From positions 1-64,000 of the forward strand of contig CBDEUM010000030.1 in the NCBI GenBank assembly GCA_965242925.1: a stretch of DNA of 64,000 bases. The letters are read 5' to 3'. This DNA comes from Roseibacillus sp. GTDB lineage: Bacteria > Verrucomicrobiota > Verrucomicrobiia > Verrucomicrobiales > Akkermansiaceae. The notes beneath the pieces are model-generated. The model saw only the letters and a program-made list of their open reading frames with translations, was not told the origin of the DNA and did no database searches. The stretch's first letter is position 1, and each line of letters starts with the position of its first letter. The position numbers and the translations under genes were made by a program. Shown here in pieces: positions 10,260 to 19,900 of this stretch.

Positions 10260-11093
10260 CTACCAGCGTTCGCCCACAAGGCGCATGGCCACCAGCACAA
10301 CCATGGCAAAGAGAACCATCAACAGGCTCACCGCGATTGCCCCTTCGAGGTTGCCCACGCTGAGCTCAAGCCAAACCGTGGTGGGCAGAACCTCCGTCTT
10401 CATCCGGGTCGCTCCGGCAAAAACGAGCACCGGGCCGAACTCCCCGAGACTGCGAGCCCATGCCACACTGGCCGCCGCTACCATTCCCTTGCCCGCCGCC
10501 GGCAGGGTCACCCGCCACATCGCCCCACCCCGTGAGCACCCTAATGTCATCGCCACGTCCTCCGGTCGCTGCGAAAGCTGATCGAAGGTTCCCCGCATGG
10601 TGCGGATGGCAAAGGCCACCCCAATCACGAACTGGGCCAGCACCACCCCGAATACCGTGTAGGTGAATGGTATGACGGAGTCGACAAAACCTCCCAGTCC
10701 TGTCTGGAACAGAATAAGCAGGCAAAGTCCAATCACCATGGGCGGAAGGACGATGGGGATGTCGAGGATCGACTCCACCAGGGCCTTGCCAAAAAACCTG
10801 CATCGCGCCAGGAGGTAGCCGATGGGGACGGCAGCGAGAAGCGACAGGAGAGCGGTCAGCGAACAGGTCAGGAGACTGAGATAGATCGAGTGCTGGATTT
10901 CACGCGACTGCAGGGCGCTGAGCAGATCCCCGGGAGTGCTGTGCACCGCGGTGGCAACCAGCATGGCCACGATGAACAGGACGTAACCCGCAGTGCTGAG
11001 GGCAAGGTAAAACCAGAAACGGGCATTCGGATCCCGGACGAGGCTCAGGATGAAGTCCCACGGACCGATGAAGAATCGCGCCAGGGAAGCCAT
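10260..11093 (-). CDS. modB: Molybdate/tungstate ABC transporter permease (NifC-like/ModB type)
   Basis: LDIPIVLPPMVIG, EAA-like EDVAMTLGCSR and WARSLGEFG motifs; several TM helices. Confidence 0.88.
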   Translation of the reverse strand: MASLARFFIGPWDFILSLVRDPNARFWFYLALSTAGYVLFIVAMLVATAVHSTPGDLLSALQSREIQHSIYLSLLTCSLTALLSLLAAVPIGYLLARCRFFGKALVESILDIPIVLPPMVIGLCLLILFQTGLGGFVDSVIPFTYTVFGVVLAQFVIGVAFAIRTMRGTFDQLSQRPEDVAMTLGCSRGGAMWRVTLPAAGKGMVAAASVAWARSLGEFGPVLVFAGATRMKTEVLPTTVWLELSVGNLEGAIAVSLLMVLFAMVVLVAMRLVGERW

Positions 11094-11096
11094 CTC

Positions 11097-12641
11097 CTAA
11101 CGCTTTTTCGGCTGAGCCAGCCAGGGTGGGATTTCCAGTTCCGAACTCTTGACGGGCTTCTGGTTCTCAATCCAGATGAAGCCACTTGCTTCAAAGCGGG
11201 CCCGGTTCTTCTGCATGAAAGCGAGGAGCCGCTCCCCGAGGAGCTTGCGCGGCGAATCGACCCGCACCGCAAACGGTTGTACCGCCCGCGCTCCTTCGTG
11301 GTTGATTTCGATGAAGTCGAGGTGCTCCTCGGCCAACTTGTAGTTCACCTTGTAGACGACAACGGCATCGAGACTCCCGGTCCGGATCTGATTGATGAGC
11401 AGATCTGCCGTGGGCACCTCGGCCCGGACGTTCCGGCGGATGGCCTCCTCCAGGGCAGACTGCTTCAACATTCCCTGGGTCATGAAACCCAACGTCGATT
11501 GCTGGGCGTTGTTGATGCCCACCTTGAGCTCAGGCCCGGCCAGATCCGCCAACGTCCGGATCCCCTTGGGGTTTCCCTTCGGCACCGCAATCCCGATCAC
11601 CGTTTCGGTGAGGAGGACGGCCTCCGGAAACGATGCCTCCACCGGGGGCACGAAGCAGATGTCACAGGCATAATAGGCATCAGGAAACCTTGGATTGGAG
11701 GCATCGTTCATGGCCTGCATGGCGGCACAGAGCACCCCGCACCCATTGAACATCGTCTCTACCGACACGCCCTCACGATCCGCAAACTCCCGCAGGGTGT
11801 CCGTAACGGCGGGACGATTCACCGCACCACTGTAGAGAATGAGGTTGGGCTTCTCCGCCCACTCATCTCCCGGGATCGCCTCGTACTTCATCCCGGCAAA
11901 GATCCTGCTGCCCTTCCCCGGAGCATTAAGATAACGCGCGAATTTGAGCGCGGAGGATGGCGATTCCGAGGCGTTGAGAACCGAAACGGTCACCTTGTCC
12001 TTGTGGGCGGTGAAGCGGGGGACCTCCACGGCCTCCAGTTTTTCGAATTGAGGAACCGTGGAGTTCCAGATCACGGCGGCATCCACCGCACCGAAGGAGA
12101 GATCCGCCGCCAGTTCCATGACGGTGGTCTTGGTGACGGTGACCTTCTCTCGCAATTCCTGCCAGCGATCACCCAGGACTTCCCTGGTGGCCTTCCCGAT
12201 ACTGGCAGTTTCCTTGTTCCCCACTGCTATCTTGAGATCCTCGCGAAAGAGATCCTCCATCCCCTTGATCCCCTTGGGATTGCCCACCTGCACCGCAATA
12301 ACCGGATACTGGTGGGCGAGGGGCAGGACCTCCTCAATCAGTTCCTTCTTCCGGGCCAGGTCGATGGCGTGTTCGTCGGCGGCAATAAAAAGATCGCCCT
12401 TCGGCGCATTCTCAATCTGGCTCAGAAGAGCAACGGTTCCGCCAAACTGGAAGTTGATCTGCACCCCGTACTCCTCCCGGTATTTCGCAGCAACCGCCTC
12501 AACCGGCTTCTTCATACCCGCCGCGCAGTAGACCGTGATGGACTTTGCGTTGGCGTTGCTCCGGCGGTCCTTGAAGTAGGTCCACACCAGGGCCCCGATC
12601 AGAAGAACGGCGGCGGTCAGGATTACGATGAGTGCCTTCAT
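11097..12641 (-). CDS. modA: Molybdate-binding protein with two tandem ModA domains and N-terminal membrane anchor
   Basis: Domain 1: TVYCAAGMKKP...FGGT...GDLFIAAD...GNPKGI. Domain 2: LYSGAVNRP...FNGCG...PDAYYACD...GNPKGI. 514 aa, about twice a normal ModA. Confidence 0.85.
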   Translation of the reverse strand: MKALIVILTAAVLLIGALVWTYFKDRRSNANAKSITVYCAAGMKKPVEAVAAKYREEYGVQINFQFGGTVALLSQIENAPKGDLFIAADEHAIDLARKKELIEEVLPLAHQYPVIAVQVGNPKGIKGMEDLFREDLKIAVGNKETASIGKATREVLGDRWQELREKVTVTKTTVMELAADLSFGAVDAAVIWNSTVPQFEKLEAVEVPRFTAHKDKVTVSVLNASESPSSALKFARYLNAPGKGSRIFAGMKYEAIPGDEWAEKPNLILYSGAVNRPAVTDTLREFADREGVSVETMFNGCGVLCAAMQAMNDASNPRFPDAYYACDICFVPPVEASFPEAVLLTETVIGIAVPKGNPKGIRTLADLAGPELKVGINNAQQSTLGFMTQGMLKQSALEEAIRRNVRAEVPTADLLINQIRTGSLDAVVVYKVNYKLAEEHLDFIEINHEGARAVQPFAVRVDSPRKLLGERLLAFMQKNRARFEASGFIWIENQKPVKSSELEIPPWLAQPKKR

Positions 12642-12680
12642 GCAGGATGCAGAGATAGTTTCGCGGAAGGATTGGGAGAA

Positions 12681-13769
12681 TCAACTTCCTTTCACTCCAC
12701 CCCTCCCCCTGACCAGACAGCAGACGGCCAGCACACCCGTCAGGGCCACCAGGGCGCTGATCACTGGTCCGACCGCAGGATGCGCCTTCAGGCGTTTTCT
12801 TTCGCCATCTGCCTCATCACCTGCAGGAATCCCGCCACCCTCGATACGCACTACTTCCGGACGAGACTCGGGTTCCTTGTCCTCTATTGGGGCAGCTTCG
12901 CCTCCGTCATTCTCCTCCGAATCCTCATCCCCTTTCTTCTCCCACTCCATTTGAGCTGCCAGCAACGCCTCGTCCCAGTCCAGCGCAATGCCAAGATCCC
13001 AGCCGGGATTCTGAAACTTCACCCGGCACGAGCAGGCCCCGAGGAGGAAGAGCGAGACTTCATCAATCCCCTCCTCATTGAGCTCACTCGAAGACCAGGC
13101 CCCGAGCACCCGCCCCCGGCCAAAGACCACCCCTCCAAAAGGCTCCTCCTTCTCAAGGAGTTCACCCTGCGGCCCCGCAAGCATACGCAGGAAAACCTGC
13201 TCTTCCGGATCGTCGCGTTTGATCTTCATGAAAGAGAATCCAACCCGCAATCCGGGACCGGGACCAAGCGTGCTCTCAGGGTCGGTTGGATCCTGCTCCG
13301 GGATGGCAGCCACCCCCTGCAGATACTCCAAACGGGCATTAAGGATCCCTTCAAATTCTCTGTCGGCGCGGTCATCCCCACTGCTCACCATGACCCAGAT
13401 CATCGACTCACCGGCCAGAATGCGTCTGGCCAGTTCCCTGCGGACAGGCGACTCAAGGAGAGCGGTGGCATTCTCGTCAAGCGAGCCGCTCCAGACAACC
13501 GGTCCGTCTTCGGGCATGAGGAGCCGCGCGGATGCTCCCGCTTCCGCCAGTGGCAGCACCTCCAGTTCGGTTCGGTTCTCATCGAGAAACTTACGCAACT
13601 CAGCCCCGGCCTTCCCCTCCATCCAACCTGCCGGCGCTTCCAGTCGATAGGGATCGGCAGGCCAGCGATCCAGAGCGTAGCGAAAGACCGGCACCGTGCA
13701 GGCAGAGGCAATCCCTCCGACCAGAGCGAGTCCCGGGAGGAGAAAAGCAAGTAATCGATTCGATAGCAT
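12681..13769 (-). CDS. Exported, C-terminally anchored hypothetical protein with Cys motifs (362 aa)
   Basis: Likely start ATG 13769 (MLSNRLLAFLLPGLALVGGIASA/CTVPVFRYALDRW), 7 nt after the upstream stop; GACSCRVKFQNPGWDL motif; acidic linker; C-terminal TM followed by a basic tail. Confidence 0.8.
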   Translation of the reverse strand: MLSNRLLAFLLPGLALVGGIASACTVPVFRYALDRWPADPYRLEAPAGWMEGKAGAELRKFLDENRTELEVLPLAEAGASARLLMPEDGPVVWSGSLDENATALLESPVRRELARRILAGESMIWVMVSSGDDRADREFEGILNARLEYLQGVAAIPEQDPTDPESTLGPGPGLRVGFSFMKIKRDDPEEQVFLRMLAGPQGELLEKEEPFGGVVFGRGRVLGAWSSSELNEEGIDEVSLFLLGACSCRVKFQNPGWDLGIALDWDEALLAAQMEWEKKGDEDSEENDGGEAAPIEDKEPESRPEVVRIEGGGIPAGDEADGERKRLKAHPAVGPVISALVALTGVLAVCCLVRGRGGVKGS

Positions 13770-13776
13770 CCTCGTC

Positions 13777-16700
13777 CTACTTTCTTCCGAATCGATGCAC
13801 CTTGCCGTCCTTGGTTGCCACGAAAAGACTGCCGTCGGCGACTGCCATGCCATCCCATACGGGCAGGGCCTCGAGTTTGAGTTCCTGGTTCTGTTCGCCA
13901 CTGGAAACCGAAACAGACAACAGCTTGCCACCCACGGCACCCTTGAGGGCCTCGTCCTGCCGTTCCAACACCTTATCAACTTCCTTATCCTTCTCCATAA
14001 TCCGTTCAAATGTGTATTCCTCGTCCATGATATCGGGAGGCCCGGCCACCAGGAGGGTGTCACCCGCCAGAACCATGCCCTGGGCGAAGAGAGGAACCTG
14101 CCGGTTCCAGTCACGCTGCACGTAGGAATTGCTGCCCCGTTGATTGCCACCTGCTTTTCCCTTTTTCGGGGGCCCTTCGGAACCAGACCGCCTGGCCCTG
14201 CCTGCCCTTACCTACCTCCACTCCGCTCAGAGCTCCATGATTCCTGCCCTGTGATTCATCCTTCGCACTCGGGGTGTCAAAGGAACAGGCCAGAACGGCC
14301 TCTTTGTTGCTCTTCCGTGCCATGAGAGGATCGGCATGGTTCTTCCTGATTTCAGCCGCACCTACCTCTCGGAAAGATACTCGCAATTCGTCAAGGAGAC
14401 CGGTGAAAGCAAACTCCGTCTTGTATTGCCCGACCGAAGACCCGGAATCCATCGCCAGGTCCAGACCCTGCGCCGGAAGTTTGGAGAGCAACCCGGTCGC
14501 CTTCCCCTCCGCAGCCAGTTCCCCGTTGAGATAGAGCTTCATCGACTTGTCCTCTCCCAGCACAGCGACCAGATGACTCCACCCCTTCTTGAGTGGTTTC
14601 TCAGCCGAGATAACGGTAAGTTTCTCGTCTGCTCGCACCTGAAAACTCGGAATCCGCTTCTTCAAGGTGAGGGCATAGCCGTTGAGAGGCCCGCCATGGG
14701 CCAGCACCACCCCGCCCGGTCCGTCTGGAAACACCCAGAGCTCCACCGTTACCGGTTTTCCCGTCGGGTCCATGCTTTCACGGGGTTTGAAGGATACGAG
14801 GGCATTGGAGCGTGCACGCCCCCCTCCAGCGCTGGGAGCGGGTGCATCCGGAGCTTCCCGATCCGCACCAAAAAGCTGATGCTCGATGGTGGTCGTCCAG
14901 CGCAGATATTTCGGGTCCCGTCCGAATCCATAGACCTTGTCCTTGTTAAAGACGAGCATGCGACCAGCGGGGGCATACTTGCCGGCCTGATGATAGCCGT
15001 TGTGTCCTCCTGCGAAGTTTCTGCCGAAAACCCAGTAGGCCCGGTGGAAGTAGGTGTCATCCAGAAACCCCATGGGCGCGAAGAGATGGGCGCCCTTTCC
15101 CTTCTGGGCCCCGCCCTGGGCGGCTGCATTTCCCGAGATCGGCCCTATTTCAAGGCGATCCCCGCTCTTCTTGTCAATTTTCTGGGAGCGCAGGTAGGTA
15201 TGCTCTCCGTCACTGCTGAGAATATCAGGCAAACCCACCTGCATCTGGAGTGTCTGCAGCCGATCCTGAATATCGCCACCGGTTTCCGGATCCCGATGAT
15301 CCATCACCCTCTCCAGCAACTTCCTTCCAGTCTTCACCTCGAGCTGAAAAAACCGCAGCCCGTGATCCAGGAAGGTGGAACGCCCAGCCACAAAGGACGC
15401 AATGCCATCCTCTACCAGCACCGTGCCATGCACCGGCCAGACGCTCTCAATCTGCTCAAAGGCCATGAGCCGGCGATCAACAGGTGCCGCGCGAAACTTC
15501 CAGATGAGGGATCCATCCTCCGCACGCAGACAATAGACCGAGCCATCAGCAGACCCGAAAACCAGACGTCCCCTCCAGTAGGCAGGAGGAGAATCAATGC
15601 GCGCCCCAGTCGTATAACTCCACTGTTTTTCACCGGAAACCGAGGAAAGGGCATGCAGGGTATGTTGATCAATCTGCGCGACATAGACCTGATCCTTCAC
15701 AATCGTGAGGGCACTGAGACGCCCTCCAAGCTTCACCTTCCAACTCTCGTCGAGGTTGTCGACGAGATCCTGCCCCGATGCTCCACTGCGCTGGACATTG
15801 CCACGAAAGGTCGGCCAGTCATTCTCCCCGGCCACCACCTCATTCACCGGCTCACTGAAAGAGGGCCCCTTGGACAACCGGCCCTCATCCGATATTTTTC
15901 CGGGGAGCTGAAAGGTGGTCGACGCGGGAGCCAGCGCGTTAAACCCGTACAACTTGGCTTCCGGGTAGCAGGCGCAGTTATGGGGTGGTGCATAGGTCAA
16001 ACCGTTGGCAGGCATCACACCATAAAGACATCCACCCCGCACCCAGTGATTGATATCCCAGTCTTCCTTGTCGAAATCCACGAACTCAATTCCCGTGCGG
16101 GAGGGAATGAGGAACCGTTCCGTCGCCTTCGCAATATAGCAGCGGTGGTGAAACCAGTAGGTTTTCACATTTGGCGGAAACTGCTTTTTCACCTCTCCGG
16201 TGCGGGGATCCCGGCCGGTGTAGACCCCACTGTGGCCACCGCTGGTCAGGGGCGCGGACCAGACCAGCCCTCCCACCACCAGAAGATCCTGAGGTGACTG
16301 GTAACCGGAGGGATCGTGCGTGGCCTCCCAGAGCCTCTTGCCGCTGGCAAGGTCGTAGCCCTGCATCTTGTTGTCTCCTCCGGCGTAAAGGACCACGTCC
16401 CGGTAGATTACAAGCCGGGGGGCGAAGTTGAAGGGGATGAGCGTCCGGCGCCCGGCCTTCTCACTGCTCCACCGCTGCTCACCGGTCTTGCGGTTAAGGC
16501 AGATCACGTTCTCCCCGTCGTGATAGACCAGGACCTCTCCAGCCACCGAGAGGCTCAGCGGAGAAATCTTGTCCTTCTTTTCCCACAGAAGATCTCCGCT
16601 CTCGGTTCCATAGGCCCGGATGCTTCGCGGTTGGGCGTTCCAGACGAATTCGGTGCGCACCCGTGCCTGGTCCCCGACATTGTGTTTGGGGGCATAGTCC

Positions 16701-17662
16701 TTCAACTCTGACTGACCTTCCCGGATGAGGGTGAAGAGAATCCCTTCATGATGGATGATCTCCTCCGCCTTTTCCGAACCCTTGAAGACGCCACGGGTTT
16801 CGCCGCTCGCTGCATCGATATGCTCAACCGGTCCGGTAATGCTCCGCGTCACAAAGAGTCGCTCCCCATCCACCACCAGACGACGGGCCAACTGGCTGGG
16901 ACCGCTCTTCAATGGCCAGAGTTGGTTATGCCATTTCGTGATTGGACGCTTCCACAGAACCGTCCCGTTGAAGGCATCGCGCGCAATCAGTTTCCAGTCT
17001 GAAGGCAACTGGATGGATACCCTGGACCCCTCGTCCATGATGTAAAACATGCGCCCCCCACCCGAGACAAGAGCGCTCATGGAGGCCATCCGGTCGTGAT
17101 GGCGTGACCAGCGCGGACTCCCCACCCACTGCATCCGCCGAGGCGGCCCTACCACCCTGTCCCTGGCCACCGCATTCCCGGAGGGATTGTGAAAGTAGTG
17201 CGTCCAATCGTCGATCTCCTTCGGACGGGGCTTCACCGTCTTCTTCCATGCGCCATCGCGACGCACCCAGGCAACTCCCTCCGGAACCAGCACCCGTAGA
17301 ATCTCCTCTTCACTGACCCCGGCAGCCTCCTCCGCCACGATCAAATTCACAAAGTTCTCGATATAGGGCAGGGTCCTGCCATCGAACTGCTCCACTGAGA
17401 CAGCCCCGTAGAGTCCTTTGGCGCGCAATGCCGAGCGCGCCTTTTCCACCGTGGCAGGATCCACGCTCAACCCCTGTACAAGGTAGCGGTTATCCACTCG
17501 AAGGGAGGCAGTCAGGACGGGGTCCGCCGCGCCGATCTGCACGACGAGGCCACCCTTCACCCGGGAACTGCGGACAGCGTCTTCAAGCGAAGCCGGAGCG
17601 GCCAGAATGCTAGCTCCAAGAAGAGGCAGAAAAGGGAGGATATGATTAATCTTCACGGCCAT
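13777..17662 (-). CDS. Large exported protein: class I methyltransferase-like domain, PQQ/BamB-like beta-propellers and LamG; split by a +1 frameshift near 14170
   Basis: ORF 14111..17662 has a signal peptide, a GLVVQIG...LPYIENFVNLIV...ILRVLVPEG MTase-like fold, DWTHYFHN, ARDAFNGTVLW, DWPTFRGN propeller blades and LamG. ORF 13777..14121 supplies the last propeller blades (LLVAGPPD...PVWDGMAVADGSLFVATKDGKV). Removing one base of the G5 run 14168-14172 joins them into 1294 aa. Confidence 0.82.
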
Positions 17663-17784
17663 GGTTGTGCCCTAGGGCCCCTAGAGTGGGACTCCGCCCC
17701 GGCTTGCTCAACTAATCATTCCGGGAAATCTCCTGTCAGTGGACTTTTCATGCTTCAGAAAGGGGGCTAGCCTCCAGAATTCCC

Positions 17785-18060
17785 ATGAAAATCACCGTCC
17801 AGTTTCTCGGTCAGGCCCGCCAGTTGGCGGAATCCAACCGTGTGACGGTGGAAGTGCCGGAGGGAACCTCCGTGGATGCCCTCCTCCCGGGGCTTACCGC
17901 AGAGGCCTCCGAACGCCTTCTTGCCGTGTTGGTCGAGGACCAGAAACTTCACCGCAGCGTGATCGCGATCCTGAACGATGAGGCAATCGACCCAAGCGAC
18001 CAGGATCTTCTCCAGGACGGGGACGAACTCAGCCTCTTACCCCCCATGTCGGGCGGATAG
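17785..18060 (+). CDS. MoaD/ThiS-family ubiquitin-like sulfur carrier
   Basis: 91 aa; MKITVQFLGQAR start; ends LQDGDELSLLPPMSGG with C-terminal Gly-Gly. Confidence 0.92.
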   Translation: MKITVQFLGQARQLAESNRVTVEVPEGTSVDALLPGLTAEASERLLAVLVEDQKLHRSVIAILNDEAIDPSDQDLLQDGDELSLLPPMSGG

Positions 18061-18071
18061 GAATCTACCAC

Positions 18072-18842
18072 ATGGAATTGACCGGTGAAGAGCGCGCCAT
18101 CTACGAATGGCAGATCTGGGTGGACGGACTGGGCCCGTCCGGACAGGAGCGACTGAAGGCATCGACCGCCCTCGTCACCCGCGTGGGCGGACTGGGAGGA
18201 CCTCTTGCCCAATCCCTCGCCGCGGCGGGGATTGGAAAACTGATCCTCGCTCATGCGGGAAACACAAAACCAAGCGATCTCAACCGGCAGATTCTGCAAA
18301 CCCACGGTCAACTCGGGAAGTCACGCATCGAGTCCTGCCAAAGGCGCCTGCTCGATCTGAATCCCCGCCTGGAGGTCGAGGCCGTGCCAGAGAATGTTCA
18401 TGAGGGAAATGCCGCTGAGCTCGTCTCAGGGGCAGATATTGTTTTCGATTGCGCACCTCTCTTCGAGGAACGCCTCCTGCTGAACCGCGAGTGCGTCCGC
18501 CAGCACAAGCCCCTTATCGATGCCGCCATGTTCGGCCTCGAAGGCCAGCTCACCACCATCATCCCCGGCCAGACCCCCTGTCTGGCCTGCCTCTACCCCG
18601 AAATTCCACCCGGCTGGAAGCGCGAGTTTCCTGTCATCGGCGCTGTTTCCGCCACGGTGGCAAACCTGGCCGCCCTGGAAGGAATCAAGCTTCTCGCTGG
18701 CTTTGGCGAACTGCTCACTTCCAAACTTCTCGTTTATGATGCGCGTTCCATGACCTTCCGCAAGATCGCCATCCACCGCCGCGTCGATTGTGCTGTATGC
18801 AGCACGCTCACCCCGGGAACTCCTGCTGAGAAGGACGACTAA
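18072..18842 (+). CDS. HesA/MoeB/ThiF family E1-like adenylyltransferase
   Basis: GQERLK, VGGLGG nucleotide loop, DLNRQIL, Zn sites CLAC and CAVC; no rhodanese domain. Confidence 0.9.
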   Translation: MELTGEERAIYEWQIWVDGLGPSGQERLKASTALVTRVGGLGGPLAQSLAAAGIGKLILAHAGNTKPSDLNRQILQTHGQLGKSRIESCQRRLLDLNPRLEVEAVPENVHEGNAAELVSGADIVFDCAPLFEERLLLNRECVRQHKPLIDAAMFGLEGQLTTIIPGQTPCLACLYPEIPPGWKREFPVIGAVSATVANLAALEGIKLLAGFGELLTSKLLVYDARSMTFRKIAIHRRVDCAVCSTLTPGTPAEKDD

Positions 18843-18899
18843 GAACCCTCTGAACCTGCCTCACTCGGTCGAACCTGCCGCCCCCCCGGATTACTTCGG

Positions 18900-19691
18900 T
18901 TAGTCAGCCTGCTGGAGAGCGCCGGCAATCTCCTCGGCGTAGCGGGTGGCGCATTCTCCTGGTGAGCCCGCCTCCCCGTAAAGCACCCCACGGGACACAT
19001 TCACCACATTTGGCGCCTGACGCTCCGCTCCCGTCAACATCGAGAGATCGCCCCCCTGCGCGCCCAGTCCCGGAATCAGGAGCGGCACATCCGGCAATCC
19101 GGCCAGCACATCTTCGCCGGCATTCGTCAACCCCACCACCAGGCCAACCTCCGTCCCGCGCTCTTCCCCCGCAGCCCGCTCCGCGAATTCACCGACCAGC
19201 TCAAAAATCCTGCGCCCCCCGCTCTCGCGCCGCTGCAGATCATCACTGCCGGGATTCGAAGTGACCGCCAGGAGGTAGATCCCCTTCCCCGGGTAGTCGA
19301 GAAAGGGCTCCAGCGAATCGTAGCCCATGAAAGGGTTCAGGGTCACCGCATGAGCCTCGAAACCCTCGAAACAGGCCTGTGCGTAGCGACGCTGCGTTTC
19401 ACCGATATCACTGCGCTTGGCATCCAGGATGACCGGAACTCCTTCCGGGATACGCCCCATCACACGCTTCAGCATGGCCAGGCCTTCCGGACCCATTGCC
19501 TCGAAGTAGGCGATGTTCGGCTTGTAGCACGCCGTCCTCGCAAGGGTTTCCTCCACCACCTCGTCCAGGAAGCGCTCCACTTCTTCGATTTCATTGTCGT
19601 GCCGTTCAATACGCGGGTCCAGTCCAACGCAGAGATTCGATCCCGTCGCCTCGATGCGGGCCGCCAACTGATGCGAGTAGCGCACTTCCAT
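18900..19691 (-). CDS. pyrF: Orotidine-5'-phosphate decarboxylase (type 2)
   Basis: LCVGLDP, YKPNIAYFE, ILDAKRSDIGET, TSNPG, LIPGLGAQGG, NVSR. Likely start ATG 19691. Confidence 0.95.
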   Translation of the reverse strand: MEVRYSHQLAARIEATGSNLCVGLDPRIERHDNEIEEVERFLDEVVEETLARTACYKPNIAYFEAMGPEGLAMLKRVMGRIPEGVPVILDAKRSDIGETQRRYAQACFEGFEAHAVTLNPFMGYDSLEPFLDYPGKGIYLLAVTSNPGSDDLQRRESGGRRIFELVGEFAERAAGEERGTEVGLVVGLTNAGEDVLAGLPDVPLLIPGLGAQGGDLSMLTGAERQAPNVVNVSRGVLYGEAGSPGECATRYAEEIAGALQQAD

Positions 19692-19900
19692 CCGGGACAC
19701 ACCCTCACCCACACCCCCGCAGGACAAAAGCGTTTCCTTCTCAATTATTGCTTCTGCCCGGGACACCCCTGCCCGGGATGCCAATAAATTTCCTCCCTCC
19801 GGCTGCCCATGACCCCGTTCAATCGGGAAAAGCAATCTCAGATCCGGTTATGTCATTGAAAACACCAGACATTCACTTCGTCCTGTGATTCAACGGGGGA

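Noticed and set aside
14111..14113. Selenocysteine read-through of the TGA ending the propeller ORF
   Set aside because: The continuation is in a different frame, so this is a frameshift, not read-through.
13770..14150. N-terminal extensions in the ORF track (also for pyrF, esterase, cyanophycinase, maf, thiS, Gfo/Idh/MocA)
   Set aside because: They overlap neighbouring genes or precede clear signal peptides or family starts; downstream starts were chosen.
17663..17784. Moco/Tuco riboswitch or ModE box in the divergent intergenic region
   Set aside because: No convincing consensus by eye and the region is short; it needs an Infernal scan.
18851..18880. Direct repeat GAACCTGCC twice after the E1 gene
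   Set aside because: Only two short copies; not a CRISPR array or a recognisable element.
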